Shown: piece by piece, positions 10,429 to 18,774 of the stretch | Layout of the letters: each line of letters opens with the position of its first letter | How positions within the stretch are numbered: position 1 is the first letter of the stretch | Assembly: GCA_042577965.1 (NCBI GenBank) | Contig: JBHPDK010000001.1 | Location: 17,537 to 81,536, forward strand | Origin: Patescibacteria group bacterium | GTDB lineage: Bacteria; Patescibacteriota; Gracilibacteria; UBA1369; PNNO01 | Reading direction: 5' to 3' | DNA length: 64,000 bases | The notes under the pieces: model-generated | Seen by the model: only the letters and a program-made list of their open reading frames with translations | Databases searched by the model: none | What the model was told of the DNA's origin: nothing | Position numbers and translations under genes: made by a program

Positions 10429-10457
10429 TTGCAAAATAGCTTTTTTTGTAGTATAAT
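10429..10457 (+). promoter_or_regulatory. sigma70-like promoter (TTGCAA-17 nt-TATAAT)
   Basis: TTGCAA at 10429-10434 and TATAAT at 10452-10457. The downstream leader is nearly identical to the one at 49748-49794. Confidence 0.5.
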
Positions 10458-10486
10458 AGAAGTAGAAATAAATAAAAAAATAAAAT

Positions 10487-10849
10487 ATGGCAGAAGTACC
10501 ACCAGATTCATACGAACAACCTAATGCAGATGAACTAGATGAAATACAAAGAGGTCAGTTTGAAGCATTAGAAGCTCGAAAAGAACAAGAAGAAGCACTG
10601 TATGCTCAGGATATTGGTAATGACGTGGAATGGGCACATGACCATGCGATGAATGTCGTAGATAATGGTGTGCATAATGCCGATCAACCGGATTTTGATT
10701 CTTTACCACCTGATGTTCCTGTGCAAAATTGGGAAGATTATTCAGCTGCTGCTGAAGAAGAAGAAGAAGCACTTCCTGATCAAATATATTCAGAAGATGA
10801 AAGAATGGAGGGTGAAGGTGGGGCTGCAGGCGGTGCATTTGGAGCTTAA
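10487..10849 (+). CDS. highly acidic low-complexity protein (120 aa)
   Basis: ORF behind a consensus promoter. Asp/Glu-rich with a Gly/Ala tail. Overlaps the GT2 stop by 4 nt. Confidence 0.5.
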   Translation: MAEVPPDSYEQPNADELDEIQRGQFEALEARKEQEEALYAQDIGNDVEWAHDHAMNVVDNGVHNADQPDFDSLPPDVPVQNWEDYSAAAEEEEEALPDQIYSEDERMEGEGGAAGGAFGA

Positions 10850-11769
10850 ACTCCTTCTTTTAATCCTTTAAGAAAGTATTTTTTTGAAAGCGCATAATAA
10901 TATAGGGCTGCGTAGCGGTCATTTGATATTTCGCGAATTTTTTTTAATAAAAAGATTGAAATTGGACTTGCAAGCACTCCAAATATGAATTTTTTGAAAT
11001 TTGAAGGAACTTTTTTTAATTCAGGATATTTTTCATGAATTAAATGCGCTGATTTACCAATATTTCGCATTCGCCCTTCAAGGCTCGATTCATCCATTGG
11101 ATGATTATGGTAGCCAATAGCATGTGGATTGTAATAAAGCTTTAAGCCGACTTTTTTTGTTAATCTGTAACCAAGTTCAATATCTTCCCAGCCATACGAA
11201 CTAAAACGTGAATCAAATGGATTTTTTATTAAAAGTGACCTTTTAACAGAAAGGTTTGAAGTATAGAAAAAATTATAATCAGCTGTTTTTTTGCCTTCCA
11301 GTTTTTCAAATGCAAACTGATGGCCCCCAAATTTACCAAAAATTGACGAGCCATTAGTAAGCCAGTACATAAAAGGAGTAATCTCAAGGCGTGGATCCCA
11401 TCCTACAAATCCTAAAACTGCTTCATTTTCAGATGGATGCTTTCTGTGAATTTTTAAATGTTCGCTAATAAAATCAGGCCTAACCAAAATATCATCACCA
11501 ATAAAAATTAGAATTTTGCCTGCTGCATGTTTTAAGCCGTAATTTCTGGCAATCCCCTGCCCCTGATTTTTTTGATACAAGTAATTTATTTGGATTGGGG
11601 ATTTTTTTTGAGCATTTTCAACAACTTCGCTTGTTGAATCTGTGCTTCCGTCATCAACTATAACAATTTCATATTCATCTTTAATGAATTCCTGATCTTT
11701 TAACTTTTTAAGGCATTCTTTTAATGACTCAGCCCTGTTATAAGTTGGAATAACAATTGATACCTGCAC
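10846..11769 (-). CDS. family 2 glycosyltransferase
   Basis: VSIVIPTYNRAESL and VDDGSTD motifs. Confidence 0.9.
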   Translation of the reverse strand: MQVSIVIPTYNRAESLKECLKKLKDQEFIKDEYEIVIVDDGSTDSTSEVVENAQKKSPIQINYLYQKNQGQGIARNYGLKHAAGKILIFIGDDILVRPDFISEHLKIHRKHPSENEAVLGFVGWDPRLEITPFMYWLTNGSSIFGKFGGHQFAFEKLEGKKTADYNFFYTSNLSVKRSLLIKNPFDSRFSSYGWEDIELGYRLTKKVGLKLYYNPHAIGYHNHPMDESSLEGRMRNIGKSAHLIHEKYPELKKVPSNFKKFIFGVLASPISIFLLKKIREISNDRYAALYYYALSKKYFLKGLKEGV

Positions 11770-11777
11770 TTTAAATA

Positions 11778-11812
11778 AAGTTAGTGACGCAGAAATTTTA
11801 CGTCACTAACTT
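11778..11812 (-). terminator. hairpin after ssb (12-bp perfect stem)
   Basis: AAGTTAGTGACG...CGTCACTAACTT, followed on the minus strand by TTATTTAAA. Lies between the ssb stop and the GT2 start. Confidence 0.5.
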
Positions 11813-11844
11813 AAAAAATACCAGTAAAAGCTTTTCGCTGCGCT

Positions 11845-12252
11845 CTACTGCTCAGTTTCTTCCTCATCTTCTTTAGGATCAACAGGATCAATCGAAGCTT
11901 TAGGATTCCCGTCTTTATCTTTTTTAAGATTCAGAAACTTAATATTACGAGCTACAATCTCAGTTAAGTACTTTTTGTCACCTTCTTTGGTTTCGTAACT
12001 GCGGTTTTTCAAAGTGCCTTCCAAATAAATACTTGAACCTTTTTCCAAATATTCACCACAAATTTCACCAAGACGCTTCCATGCAACAACTTTGTGAAAA
12101 TCTGTCGCACTTACCTTTTTACCTTCTTCGTCTTTCCATTGCCTATTAGTAGCAATAGAAAAATTTGCTACAGCTTTACCTGTAGATGTCTCGCGCATAT
12201 CTGGATCTGCTGCGAGATTGCCCATGAGTGTGACTCTGTTTAGACTCCTCAT
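11845..12252 (-). CDS. ssb: single-stranded DNA-binding protein
   Basis: OB-fold N-terminus LNRVTLMGNLAADPDMRETSTGKAVANFSIATNRQW and an acidic C-terminal tail. Confidence 0.92.
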   Translation of the reverse strand: MRSLNRVTLMGNLAADPDMRETSTGKAVANFSIATNRQWKDEEGKKVSATDFHKVVAWKRLGEICGEYLEKGSSIYLEGTLKNRSYETKEGDKKYLTEIVARNIKFLNLKKDKDGNPKASIDPVDPKEDEEETEQ

Positions 12253-12394
12253 AATAATGGGGTTAAAAAATATTACCCCTAGCGTAGCAATTAAAAATTA
12301 AATTATTCTAAAATAAATCTAAAAAAAATAACGTCAAATTTCTTGTGTTTATGAGGAAAATCCAGAATAATAAATCAGACTTTAAAAATTACAT

Positions 12395-13009
12395 ATGTTC
12401 ACAGGCATAGTAAAAGAACTCGGAATTATCAAATCTCTTAAAAAAGAGGCAGATAAATTAATTGCAACTATTGAATCTGACCAAAAATTCAATGTAGATG
12501 ATTCAGTTTCAGTAAATGGAGTTTGCTCGACAGTTATATTAGTTGGCGATGGATCGTTTACTGTTGAATATATGCCGGAAACACTTAAAATCACTGATAT
12601 CACTAAATGGAACGAAGGCGATAAAGTAAACCTGGAACCTCCGCTCACGCTTGGCGATAAATTAAATGGCCATTTTGTTCAGGGGCATGTTGACACAACC
12701 GCCAAAATCACCAAAATCCACAAAAACGAATTTGAAATCGCATTCCCTAAAGAATTCTCAAAATATATAGCAATTAAAGGTTCAATTTCAGTTGATGGCA
12801 TAAGCCTCACAATCTCAAATATCTCAAAAAACACTTTTACTGTCTCATTAATCCCCCATACCCTCAAAAATACTACTCTGGGATTCAAAAACGAGGGTGA
12901 TTTGGTTAATATTGAGGTGGATATGATATCGCGCTATCTAAAAAGGCTGTTTGATGAGCGTGATAAGCAAACCGATTATCAATTCTTAAAAGAAAGAAAT
13001 TTTATATGA
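12395..13009 (+). CDS. ribE: riboflavin synthase
   Basis: MFTGIV start and two internal lumazine-binding repeats (GDKVNLE / GDLVNIE). Confidence 0.9.
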   Translation: MFTGIVKELGIIKSLKKEADKLIATIESDQKFNVDDSVSVNGVCSTVILVGDGSFTVEYMPETLKITDITKWNEGDKVNLEPPLTLGDKLNGHFVQGHVDTTAKITKIHKNEFEIAFPKEFSKYIAIKGSISVDGISLTISNISKNTFTVSLIPHTLKNTTLGFKNEGDLVNIEVDMISRYLKRLFDERDKQTDYQFLKERNFI

Positions 13010-13455
13010 AGCAAAAAATTTCACAAAAATCAGATCTCAATGGCAAGGGCATAAAAGTTGCAATTGTGATGTCAGAATTTAATAAAGAAATTTGTGAAAA
13101 ATTGCTTGAAGAAGCAAAACACGAATTAGATAATTTAAAAGTCAAAAACCCGAAAATCGTTTATGTACCAGGAGCATTAGAAATTCCTGTTGCAACTCAA
13201 AAACTTATTAAAAACAATGAATTTGATGTTATTATTGCTCTTGGAGTTGTGATTAAAGGTGAGACTGATCATTACGAGCATGTATCGAGAGAAAGCACTC
13301 ATGCCCTTACACAAATTGCTGTTCAAACCGGAGTACCTGTTATTCAGGGAATCCTCACAGTTCCAAATAAAGAACTCGCACTCGCACGCGCTTTCCGAGG
13401 CAAAGAATATGCCAGAGCAGCGATCCAAATGGTTCATACATTAAAAAATCTTTAA
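13006..13455 (+). CDS. ribH: 6,7-dimethyl-8-ribityllumazine synthase
   Basis: KVAIVMSEFNKEI and GVVIKGETDHYEHV motifs. 4-nt overlap with ribE. Confidence 0.92.
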   Translation: MKQKISQKSDLNGKGIKVAIVMSEFNKEICEKLLEEAKHELDNLKVKNPKIVYVPGALEIPVATQKLIKNNEFDVIIALGVVIKGETDHYEHVSRESTHALTQIAVQTGVPVIQGILTVPNKELALARAFRGKEYARAAIQMVHTLKNL

Positions 13456-13466
13456 ATAATATTAAT

Positions 13467-14648
13467 ATGAAACTTAATTCTATTAAAAACGCCAAAGTTA
13501 AAGGCCAAACTGTACTTGTTCGTGTTGATTACAATGTGCCTATCGAAAATGGCAAGGTTATGGATGATTCACGTATTGTTGAATCCCTACCTACTCTCGA
13601 ATATTTATTAAAAGAAGGAGCGAAAGTTATTGTTATGTCGCATTTGGGAAGACCTGAAGGAGAAGTTGTTGAAGAATTAATGCTGAATCCTGTTGCTGTG
13701 CGTTTAGGCGAACTTTTAAAAAAAGAAGTTATTAAAGTTGATGATTGCGTTGGAGAAGAAGTTGAAGGCGCAGTTAAAGCATTAGGCGAAGGCAGCATTT
13801 TAATGTTAGAAAATACTCGTTTTAATGAAGGAGAGAAATCAAATGATCATGAATTTGCAAAACAATTAGCAAGTTATGCGGATTTGTATGTGAGCGATGC
13901 TTTTGGAACTGCACACAGGGCCCATGCATCAACTGAAGGCGTAGCACAATTATTGCCATCATATGCAGGATTTTTAATTGAAAAAGAAGTTAAAGCTTTA
14001 ACTCCCCTACTCGGAGATGTTGAAGGGCCTTTTGTTTTATTATTAGGTGGAGCAAAAATCGATACAAAAATCGGCGTAATTAAAGCTTATTTAGAAAAGG
14101 CAGACAAAATTTTATTAGGAGGAGGCCTGGCAAACACTTTTGTAGCTGCTGAAGGTTATAATGTTGGAGAATCTTTATACGAACCTGATAAACTCGAGGT
14201 TGCCCGCGAAATAATGCTCGAAGCTGAAAAACAGAGCTGCGAAATTGTTTTACCCGGCGGATTTATTGTTGCAGATGAAGTCGGAGACAATGTTTTAACA
14301 GCAGACATGGAAATAACAGGAGTTGAAGCTAATATGAAAATGCTTGATATCGGAGTTAAAACTTTATACAAATATTTGGACATATTGCAGGAGGCTAAGG
14401 TGATAATTTGGAATGGCCCGGTAGGATTATACGAAAAAACTCCCTTCTCGCGAGGCACACGCGAAATAGCAGACGCATTACAAAACGTTAAAGGCAAAAC
14501 TTACATCGGCGGCGGCGACACTCTAAGTGCTTTAACGCACTTTGGCTTCGACCGTGACAAATACACACACGTATCAACAGGCGGCGGAGCTATGCTAGAG
14601 TTTTTGGAAGGGAAGGAATTGCCGGGGCTAAAAGTATTGGTAGGTTAG
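13467..14648 (+). CDS. pgk: phosphoglycerate kinase
   Basis: [15 protein letters not shown] and GGGDT motifs. 393 aa. Confidence 0.95.
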   Translation: MKLNSIKNAKVKGQTVLVRVDYNVPIENGKVMDDSRIVESLPTLEYLLKEGAKVIVMSHLGRPEGEVVEELMLNPVAVRLGELLKKEVIKVDDCVGEEVEGAVKALGEGSILMLENTRFNEGEKSNDHEFAKQLASYADLYVSDAFGTAHRAHASTEGVAQLLPSYAGFLIEKEVKALTPLLGDVEGPFVLLLGGAKIDTKIGVIKAYLEKADKILLGGGLANTFVAAEGYNVGESLYEPDKLEVAREIMLEAEKQSCEIVLPGGFIVADEVGDNVLTADMEITGVEANMKMLDIGVKTLYKYLDILQEAKVIIWNGPVGLYEKTPFSRGTREIADALQNVKGKTYIGGGDTLSALTHFGFDRDKYTHVSTGGGAMLEFLEGKELPGLKVLVG

Positions 14649-17600
14649 GCAGCTTTTGGCCTTTTCTTCATAGATTCCCACATATATTTATTATGGGCTT
14701 CAACTTTAACCATGAAATCACTATCATGAGTTCTAATAAAATCGTCAACTTCTGATGTTTTTAGACCTAACTGCTGTTTTAATTTATTTGATAGTTTTGG
14801 ATAAGCAGCAGCTGCTTCAGCTGCTTGTTCTGGTGTTGGTTTTACTCCTTTTTGGAGTTTTGTTCCTTTTGGAATGAGATCTTTAGCTGCTGCATCATAA
14901 GCTGCTTTTCCTAATTCAGGATTTCTCTTTTTAATAAAAGCATGTACATCACTTGTTTCAGCACCAAGTTCTTTTAATTTTTTTGTCAATACTTTATATT
15001 TTTGACCTACTTGAGCTGCTGGTAATTTTCCTTTTGCTGGAATACCAAGTTCTTGACAGGCTTGATAATAGTAGCTGTCATTGCGAGTTAGCGGCCCTGT
15101 TCTTTCATTTAATTTAACAATTTTTTCTTTACTTACCCATTCTCCTTTTCTTCCTTTCTGAATTAATATCTCTACTTTTCCATTTCTTGTTACTCTTGTT
15201 TGATCTGTTATTTTCCATCCATAATCATAATTCCCTTTTGTTCCACCACCGATTACATATCGATCCTTTTTATTTTTTAATTTATCAAAAGCCTTTTCAG
15301 TAGCTGTAGCAGGTTTAGGAGCAGTTGGAGCAGGTTTAGGACGTTTTCCTTTTCCATCCCAAAATTCACGGCCCTTTGCTTTATAGAGTGCTGCCATTTC
15401 TTTATTTTTCTTAGCTGTTTTTGCAACAGTATCTCGGCCAATTGTACCTTTGGCTGTGGTGGTGGGTTGACCAATTCCACCACCTTCTTTTGCCTTAGCA
15501 GCTGGTGGCTTTGGTTTAGATGGTTGAAGTTTTCTGCCATCCTTAATTCTCACTTGTTTATGTCCATCAATTCCTGGTTTTGGTTTTGCAGCTGGAGTTG
15601 GCTTAGCAGGTTTTTTAACTGGTTTTTTTTGAGGTCTTTTAACTTTTGGTCTTCCTTTAACTCCATGAGGATTAGCTTTCTTAACTGTATCTATTGATGC
15701 CTCTCTAACTTCATACCTCTTATTACCACGTTTACCAGCTTTAGCAGCTTTCCCAGTAGGTTTATGACGCACCACTCCACCATGTTTATTTCTCTTCAAC
15801 CTTCTAACTTTAACATATGCTACTTTTTTACCTCCAATGTCTTTCTCAAAAAAACCAACAATTTCCCATTCACGTTTTTGTAGCTTAAGACTTCTAGCAC
15901 TAGGTTTAAGACCAGCCCGTTCACGCCTTGGAAGCTCTATTCTTTGTCTTTTTTTAAAACCACGAGCTTCAAATTTTTCTGCTGCGAGTTCTGCTGAGGA
16001 TTTAATTTTTGGTTTTGCAGCTGGTGCAGGTCTTGTTACCTTAGCAGCTGGAACTGGCTTAGCAGCTGGTTTTGCAGTTGGCTTAGCAGCTGGTTTTGCA
16101 GTTGGTTTAGATGGTTGAAGTTTCCTTCCATCCTTAAATCTCACTTGTTTAGTTGGATCAATAAGTTGTTTTGTCTGCGTTACATTTGCTGCTGGAGCTG
16201 GTTCAAGTTTTGATTTAGGCCTTGCACCTGGTTTTATAGGCTGTTTAACCGGTGGTCTTCCTTGAACTTTCGGAGCAGCTGGTTTTGTTACCTTCACAGG
16301 TGGAACGGGCTTTGGCGTTGCGACGGGCTTTGGCGTTAGAACGGGCTTTGGCGTTGCAATGGGCTTTGGCGGCCCTTTTAATTTTTTACCTACTCTACCT
16401 GCTACTCTTGTGAAAACACCAACTTTACCTGCCTGCCCTGCACCTTTTGCTGCTGCTGCCTCCCCTCCTCCGAATATGGTAGTTACAATATTTAACATAG
16501 CTTTAGCAGCTCCTTTTTCATAATTGCCTTTTTTGAAGTCATCAACTGCCAAAAATGCATCTTCAAATTGTTTCCTTGCATTCCATGCTGTTTTTAAAGA
16601 CCATTTACCTGATCTCGGATCTCGTCCAATAAAAGCCATCATTGCTATCATTGACTTTTCCCAATCAGCTGACATATCAGCTACTCCGCTAAGCATATCA
16701 CTAATACCTTCAAAAGTACCTGCACTTCCCTTAAAGCTTGAACCCAAGTATGAAGTAGTAAATTCTAAACCAGGAATTTTTAATTTTTGAAAATAATTTC
16801 CCATGCTCTCCAAATTCCCTGCAATCTGCTTTCTAAAAAGCCATTTTATACCTTTTGACATATATGGCGCTGCAGCATTATTAAATACAAAACCAAATGC
16901 CTTAGATTGCAAATCGCTTGCAGCTTTAAGCCAACCAGGCTTTTTCACAGCATCACTCACTTTTAATGAAGTGTTGATTCCTGTTTTTAAAGAACTTAAC
17001 ACTTGTGCATTTCTAATATTAATATCCAATATTGAATCAGCATTTACTTTTGCCAAATTATCTACTCCATCAATCAATGGCATAAACAGTGCATTAACCC
17101 GATCTGTAACGTTACCATGTCTAAGTTTTTGAACTTCAAGAGTTCGAATAGAATCATCCATAGATGTTAAAGCCGGATCTATACTCCCTTCAATATATTC
17201 AGTAATTGCTACCCTTTTTACTTTTTTTGCTGTTAATTTTTCATGTATTAATCCAGTATGAATATGTAAGGTTTTCCTCTTCTTCTTTAATATTTCTACA
17301 AAACGTTGTTTTTGCTTCTCTGTCATATTCAACTGCTTTGCAGGAGTTTTAATAAGTTTATCAATTTTATCTGCAGCTTTATCCATAGTATCTCGAGCTT
17401 CTGCTTCTGGATATGTAAATGTATGACCTTTTTTCAACCGATCTAACTGCCTCTGTTTTAATGCCAAAAGTTGCTGCTTTTTATTATTCATCATTTCTTG
17501 CTGCTCATGAAAATAATTGTACATCTTATTATTTTTATTTCCATCTACATCTATACCTCCGGCTTTATAGTATGCAGTTAGATATTTTAGTGACTTTTGT

Positions 17601-18367
17601 CTTGCTTCTATTAACTTTTTTTTTGTTTTTGGAGCAACTTCATTGATTTTTTTACCATGAGCCTCTATATCTTTTTTTCGATTCTCAACTTTAGTTAAAA
17701 GGCTTTTTTTTGCTGCTAATACCCTTTTTTTATATTTATCTTTAATTTTATTATAAAGGGCTGAATTTTTCTTCTTTTGATAAGTTGATAATTTTAAATA
17801 TTTAATTGAAGCTGTTTGTAATTCACCACATGCCGTTAATCCTTGAGCTGCTTCGTTTTGAAGTTTTATTGATTGAGTCTGCATTCTAAGCAATTCCTGC
17901 TGTTGACGTGCTGGACTAGCTAAATTAAAAGTACTGAATTTATCTTTAACCTTTAATGCCCCCTGTTGAAACGCTAACTGTTGTTTCGATAATTCCTTTT
18001 CTTTTCCCTTAACTTCCAAAGCAGCTCTCATTCTTGCATCAATCAATTCCTGCGAAGGAGCATATTTATTAACTATCACATTTGTTTTTGCAATCATTGA
18101 TCTGTGATATTTGCCAAATTCCTCTTTGCTCAAACCTTTAGTAGCATTCTTATCAAATCTGTCTGCAGCCATTAAAAAATACTTCGCAATGTGTTTTTTC
18201 ATAGCAGCTTTTACATCAGGAGGCATGTGATCCATTCTCTTTTTGTATTTTGCAAATGTTGCACTCGTCTCATTTGCAAGTTTTTTCACATTCGGAGTCA
18301 AAACAACGCCTTTTTCAGCTTTCCCCTCAAGTTTCTTTAATTGTTGAGCTGATAATGCTTCTGACAT
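14645..18367 (-). CDS. 1240-aa lysine-rich repeat protein, no signal peptide, function unknown
   Basis: Uninterrupted ORF. N-terminal coiled-coil-like K-rich region, a Gly/Ala-rich central block, Pro/Ala/Lys tandem repeats, and duplicated KQVR(F/I)KDGRKLQPSKP and C-terminal modules. Confidence 0.85.
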   Translation of the reverse strand: MSEALSAQQLKKLEGKAEKGVVLTPNVKKLANETSATFAKYKKRMDHMPPDVKAAMKKHIAKYFLMAADRFDKNATKGLSKEEFGKYHRSMIAKTNVIVNKYAPSQELIDARMRAALEVKGKEKELSKQQLAFQQGALKVKDKFSTFNLASPARQQQELLRMQTQSIKLQNEAAQGLTACGELQTASIKYLKLSTYQKKKNSALYNKIKDKYKKRVLAAKKSLLTKVENRKKDIEAHGKKINEVAPKTKKKLIEARQKSLKYLTAYYKAGGIDVDGNKNNKMYNYFHEQQEMMNNKKQQLLALKQRQLDRLKKGHTFTYPEAEARDTMDKAADKIDKLIKTPAKQLNMTEKQKQRFVEILKKKRKTLHIHTGLIHEKLTAKKVKRVAITEYIEGSIDPALTSMDDSIRTLEVQKLRHGNVTDRVNALFMPLIDGVDNLAKVNADSILDINIRNAQVLSSLKTGINTSLKVSDAVKKPGWLKAASDLQSKAFGFVFNNAAAPYMSKGIKWLFRKQIAGNLESMGNYFQKLKIPGLEFTTSYLGSSFKGSAGTFEGISDMLSGVADMSADWEKSMIAMMAFIGRDPRSGKWSLKTAWNARKQFEDAFLAVDDFKKGNYEKGAAKAMLNIVTTIFGGGEAAAAKGAGQAGKVGVFTRVAGRVGKKLKGPPKPIATPKPVLTPKPVATPKPVPPVKVTKPAAPKVQGRPPVKQPIKPGARPKSKLEPAPAANVTQTKQLIDPTKQVRFKDGRKLQPSKPTAKPAAKPTAKPAAKPVPAAKVTRPAPAAKPKIKSSAELAAEKFEARGFKKRQRIELPRRERAGLKPSARSLKLQKREWEIVGFFEKDIGGKKVAYVKVRRLKRNKHGGVVRHKPTGKAAKAGKRGNKRYEVREASIDTVKKANPHGVKGRPKVKRPQKKPVKKPAKPTPAAKPKPGIDGHKQVRIKDGRKLQPSKPKPPAAKAKEGGGIGQPTTTAKGTIGRDTVAKTAKKNKEMAALYKAKGREFWDGKGKRPKPAPTAPKPATATEKAFDKLKNKKDRYVIGGGTKGNYDYGWKITDQTRVTRNGKVEILIQKGRKGEWVSKEKIVKLNERTGPLTRNDSYYYQACQELGIPAKGKLPAAQVGQKYKVLTKKLKELGAETSDVHAFIKKRNPELGKAAYDAAAKDLIPKGTKLQKGVKPTPEQAAEAAAAYPKLSNKLKQQLGLKTSEVDDFIRTHDSDFMVKVEAHNKYMWESMKKRPKAA
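15513..15560. repeat. 48-nt dispersed direct repeat, copy 1 (inside the 1240-aa gene)
   Basis: ggtttagatggttgaagttttctgccatccttaattctcacttgttta. 45 of 48 positions match copy 2. Confidence 0.85.
16041..16106. repeat. 24-nt tandem repeat (ttagcagctggttttgcagttggc x2 plus a partial unit)
   Basis: Read directly. Encodes KPTAKPAAKPTAKPAAKP. Confidence 0.85.
16104..16151. repeat. 48-nt dispersed direct repeat, copy 2
   Basis: ggtttagatggttgaagtttccttccatccttaaatctcacttgttta. Confidence 0.85.
16305..16376. repeat. 18-nt tandem repeat x4 (acgggctttggcgttnnn)
   Basis: Read directly. Encodes KPIATPKPVLTPKPVATPKPV. Confidence 0.85.
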
Positions 18368-18378
18368 ATTTTTTGTGT

Positions 18379-18693
18379 TTATTTAATATTTTGACTTTCT
18401 TTTTTTGCAATATCACGGTTTAATTCAACATATTTTTTGTGTATTGCTTTATCCATCACTTTTGGAAATTTTTTATTTAAAATAACAGCTTTTAGCATAA
18501 ATCTATTTTGCTTTTTCTTGGCATCCTTAAGTAACTGATGCATTTCATCAAATGCTTCAGAAGGTAAATTTTCAAACCTACCCAATACTCTCTGAATCTC
18601 CTCTTCTGTTAAAAAATAAAGGCTTGAAAGCTCATCTTCAAGCTTTTTCAATCTTTTATCCTGTTCTTTTACTAATTGTAGATATTTATTCAT
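18379..18693 (-). CDS. small helical protein (104 aa), first gene of the operon with the 1240-aa protein
   Basis: ORF 35 nt downstream of a consensus promoter. Its stop lies 11 nt before the 1240-aa start. Confidence 0.6.
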   Translation of the reverse strand: MNKYLQLVKEQDKRLKKLEDELSSLYFLTEEEIQRVLGRFENLPSEAFDEMHQLLKDAKKKQNRFMLKAVILNKKFPKVMDKAIHKKYVELNRDIAKKESQNIK

Positions 18694-18728
18694 TTTTATT
18701 TTTGTTATTTTTTCACAACCACAAGAAT

Positions 18729-18757
18729 ATTATACCATTTCTTGGCATAATCGTCAA
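18729..18757 (-). promoter_or_regulatory. sigma70-like promoter (TTGACG-17 nt-TATAAT, TG-extended)
   Basis: Minus strand reads TTGACGattatgccaagaaatggTATAAT. Confidence 0.55.
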
Positions 18758-18774
18758 CTAAGCAGCGCTAAAAA

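Noticed and set aside
12253-12394. FMN riboswitch expected upstream of ribE
   Set aside because: The region is AT-rich with only a short GGGGT…ACCCC hairpin. None of the conserved RFN core sequence is present.
15277-17646. Multiple 75-109-aa ORFs on both strands within 14645..18367
   Set aside because: They are alternative-frame or antisense artefacts of the repeat-rich giant gene, which is uninterrupted over 1240 codons.
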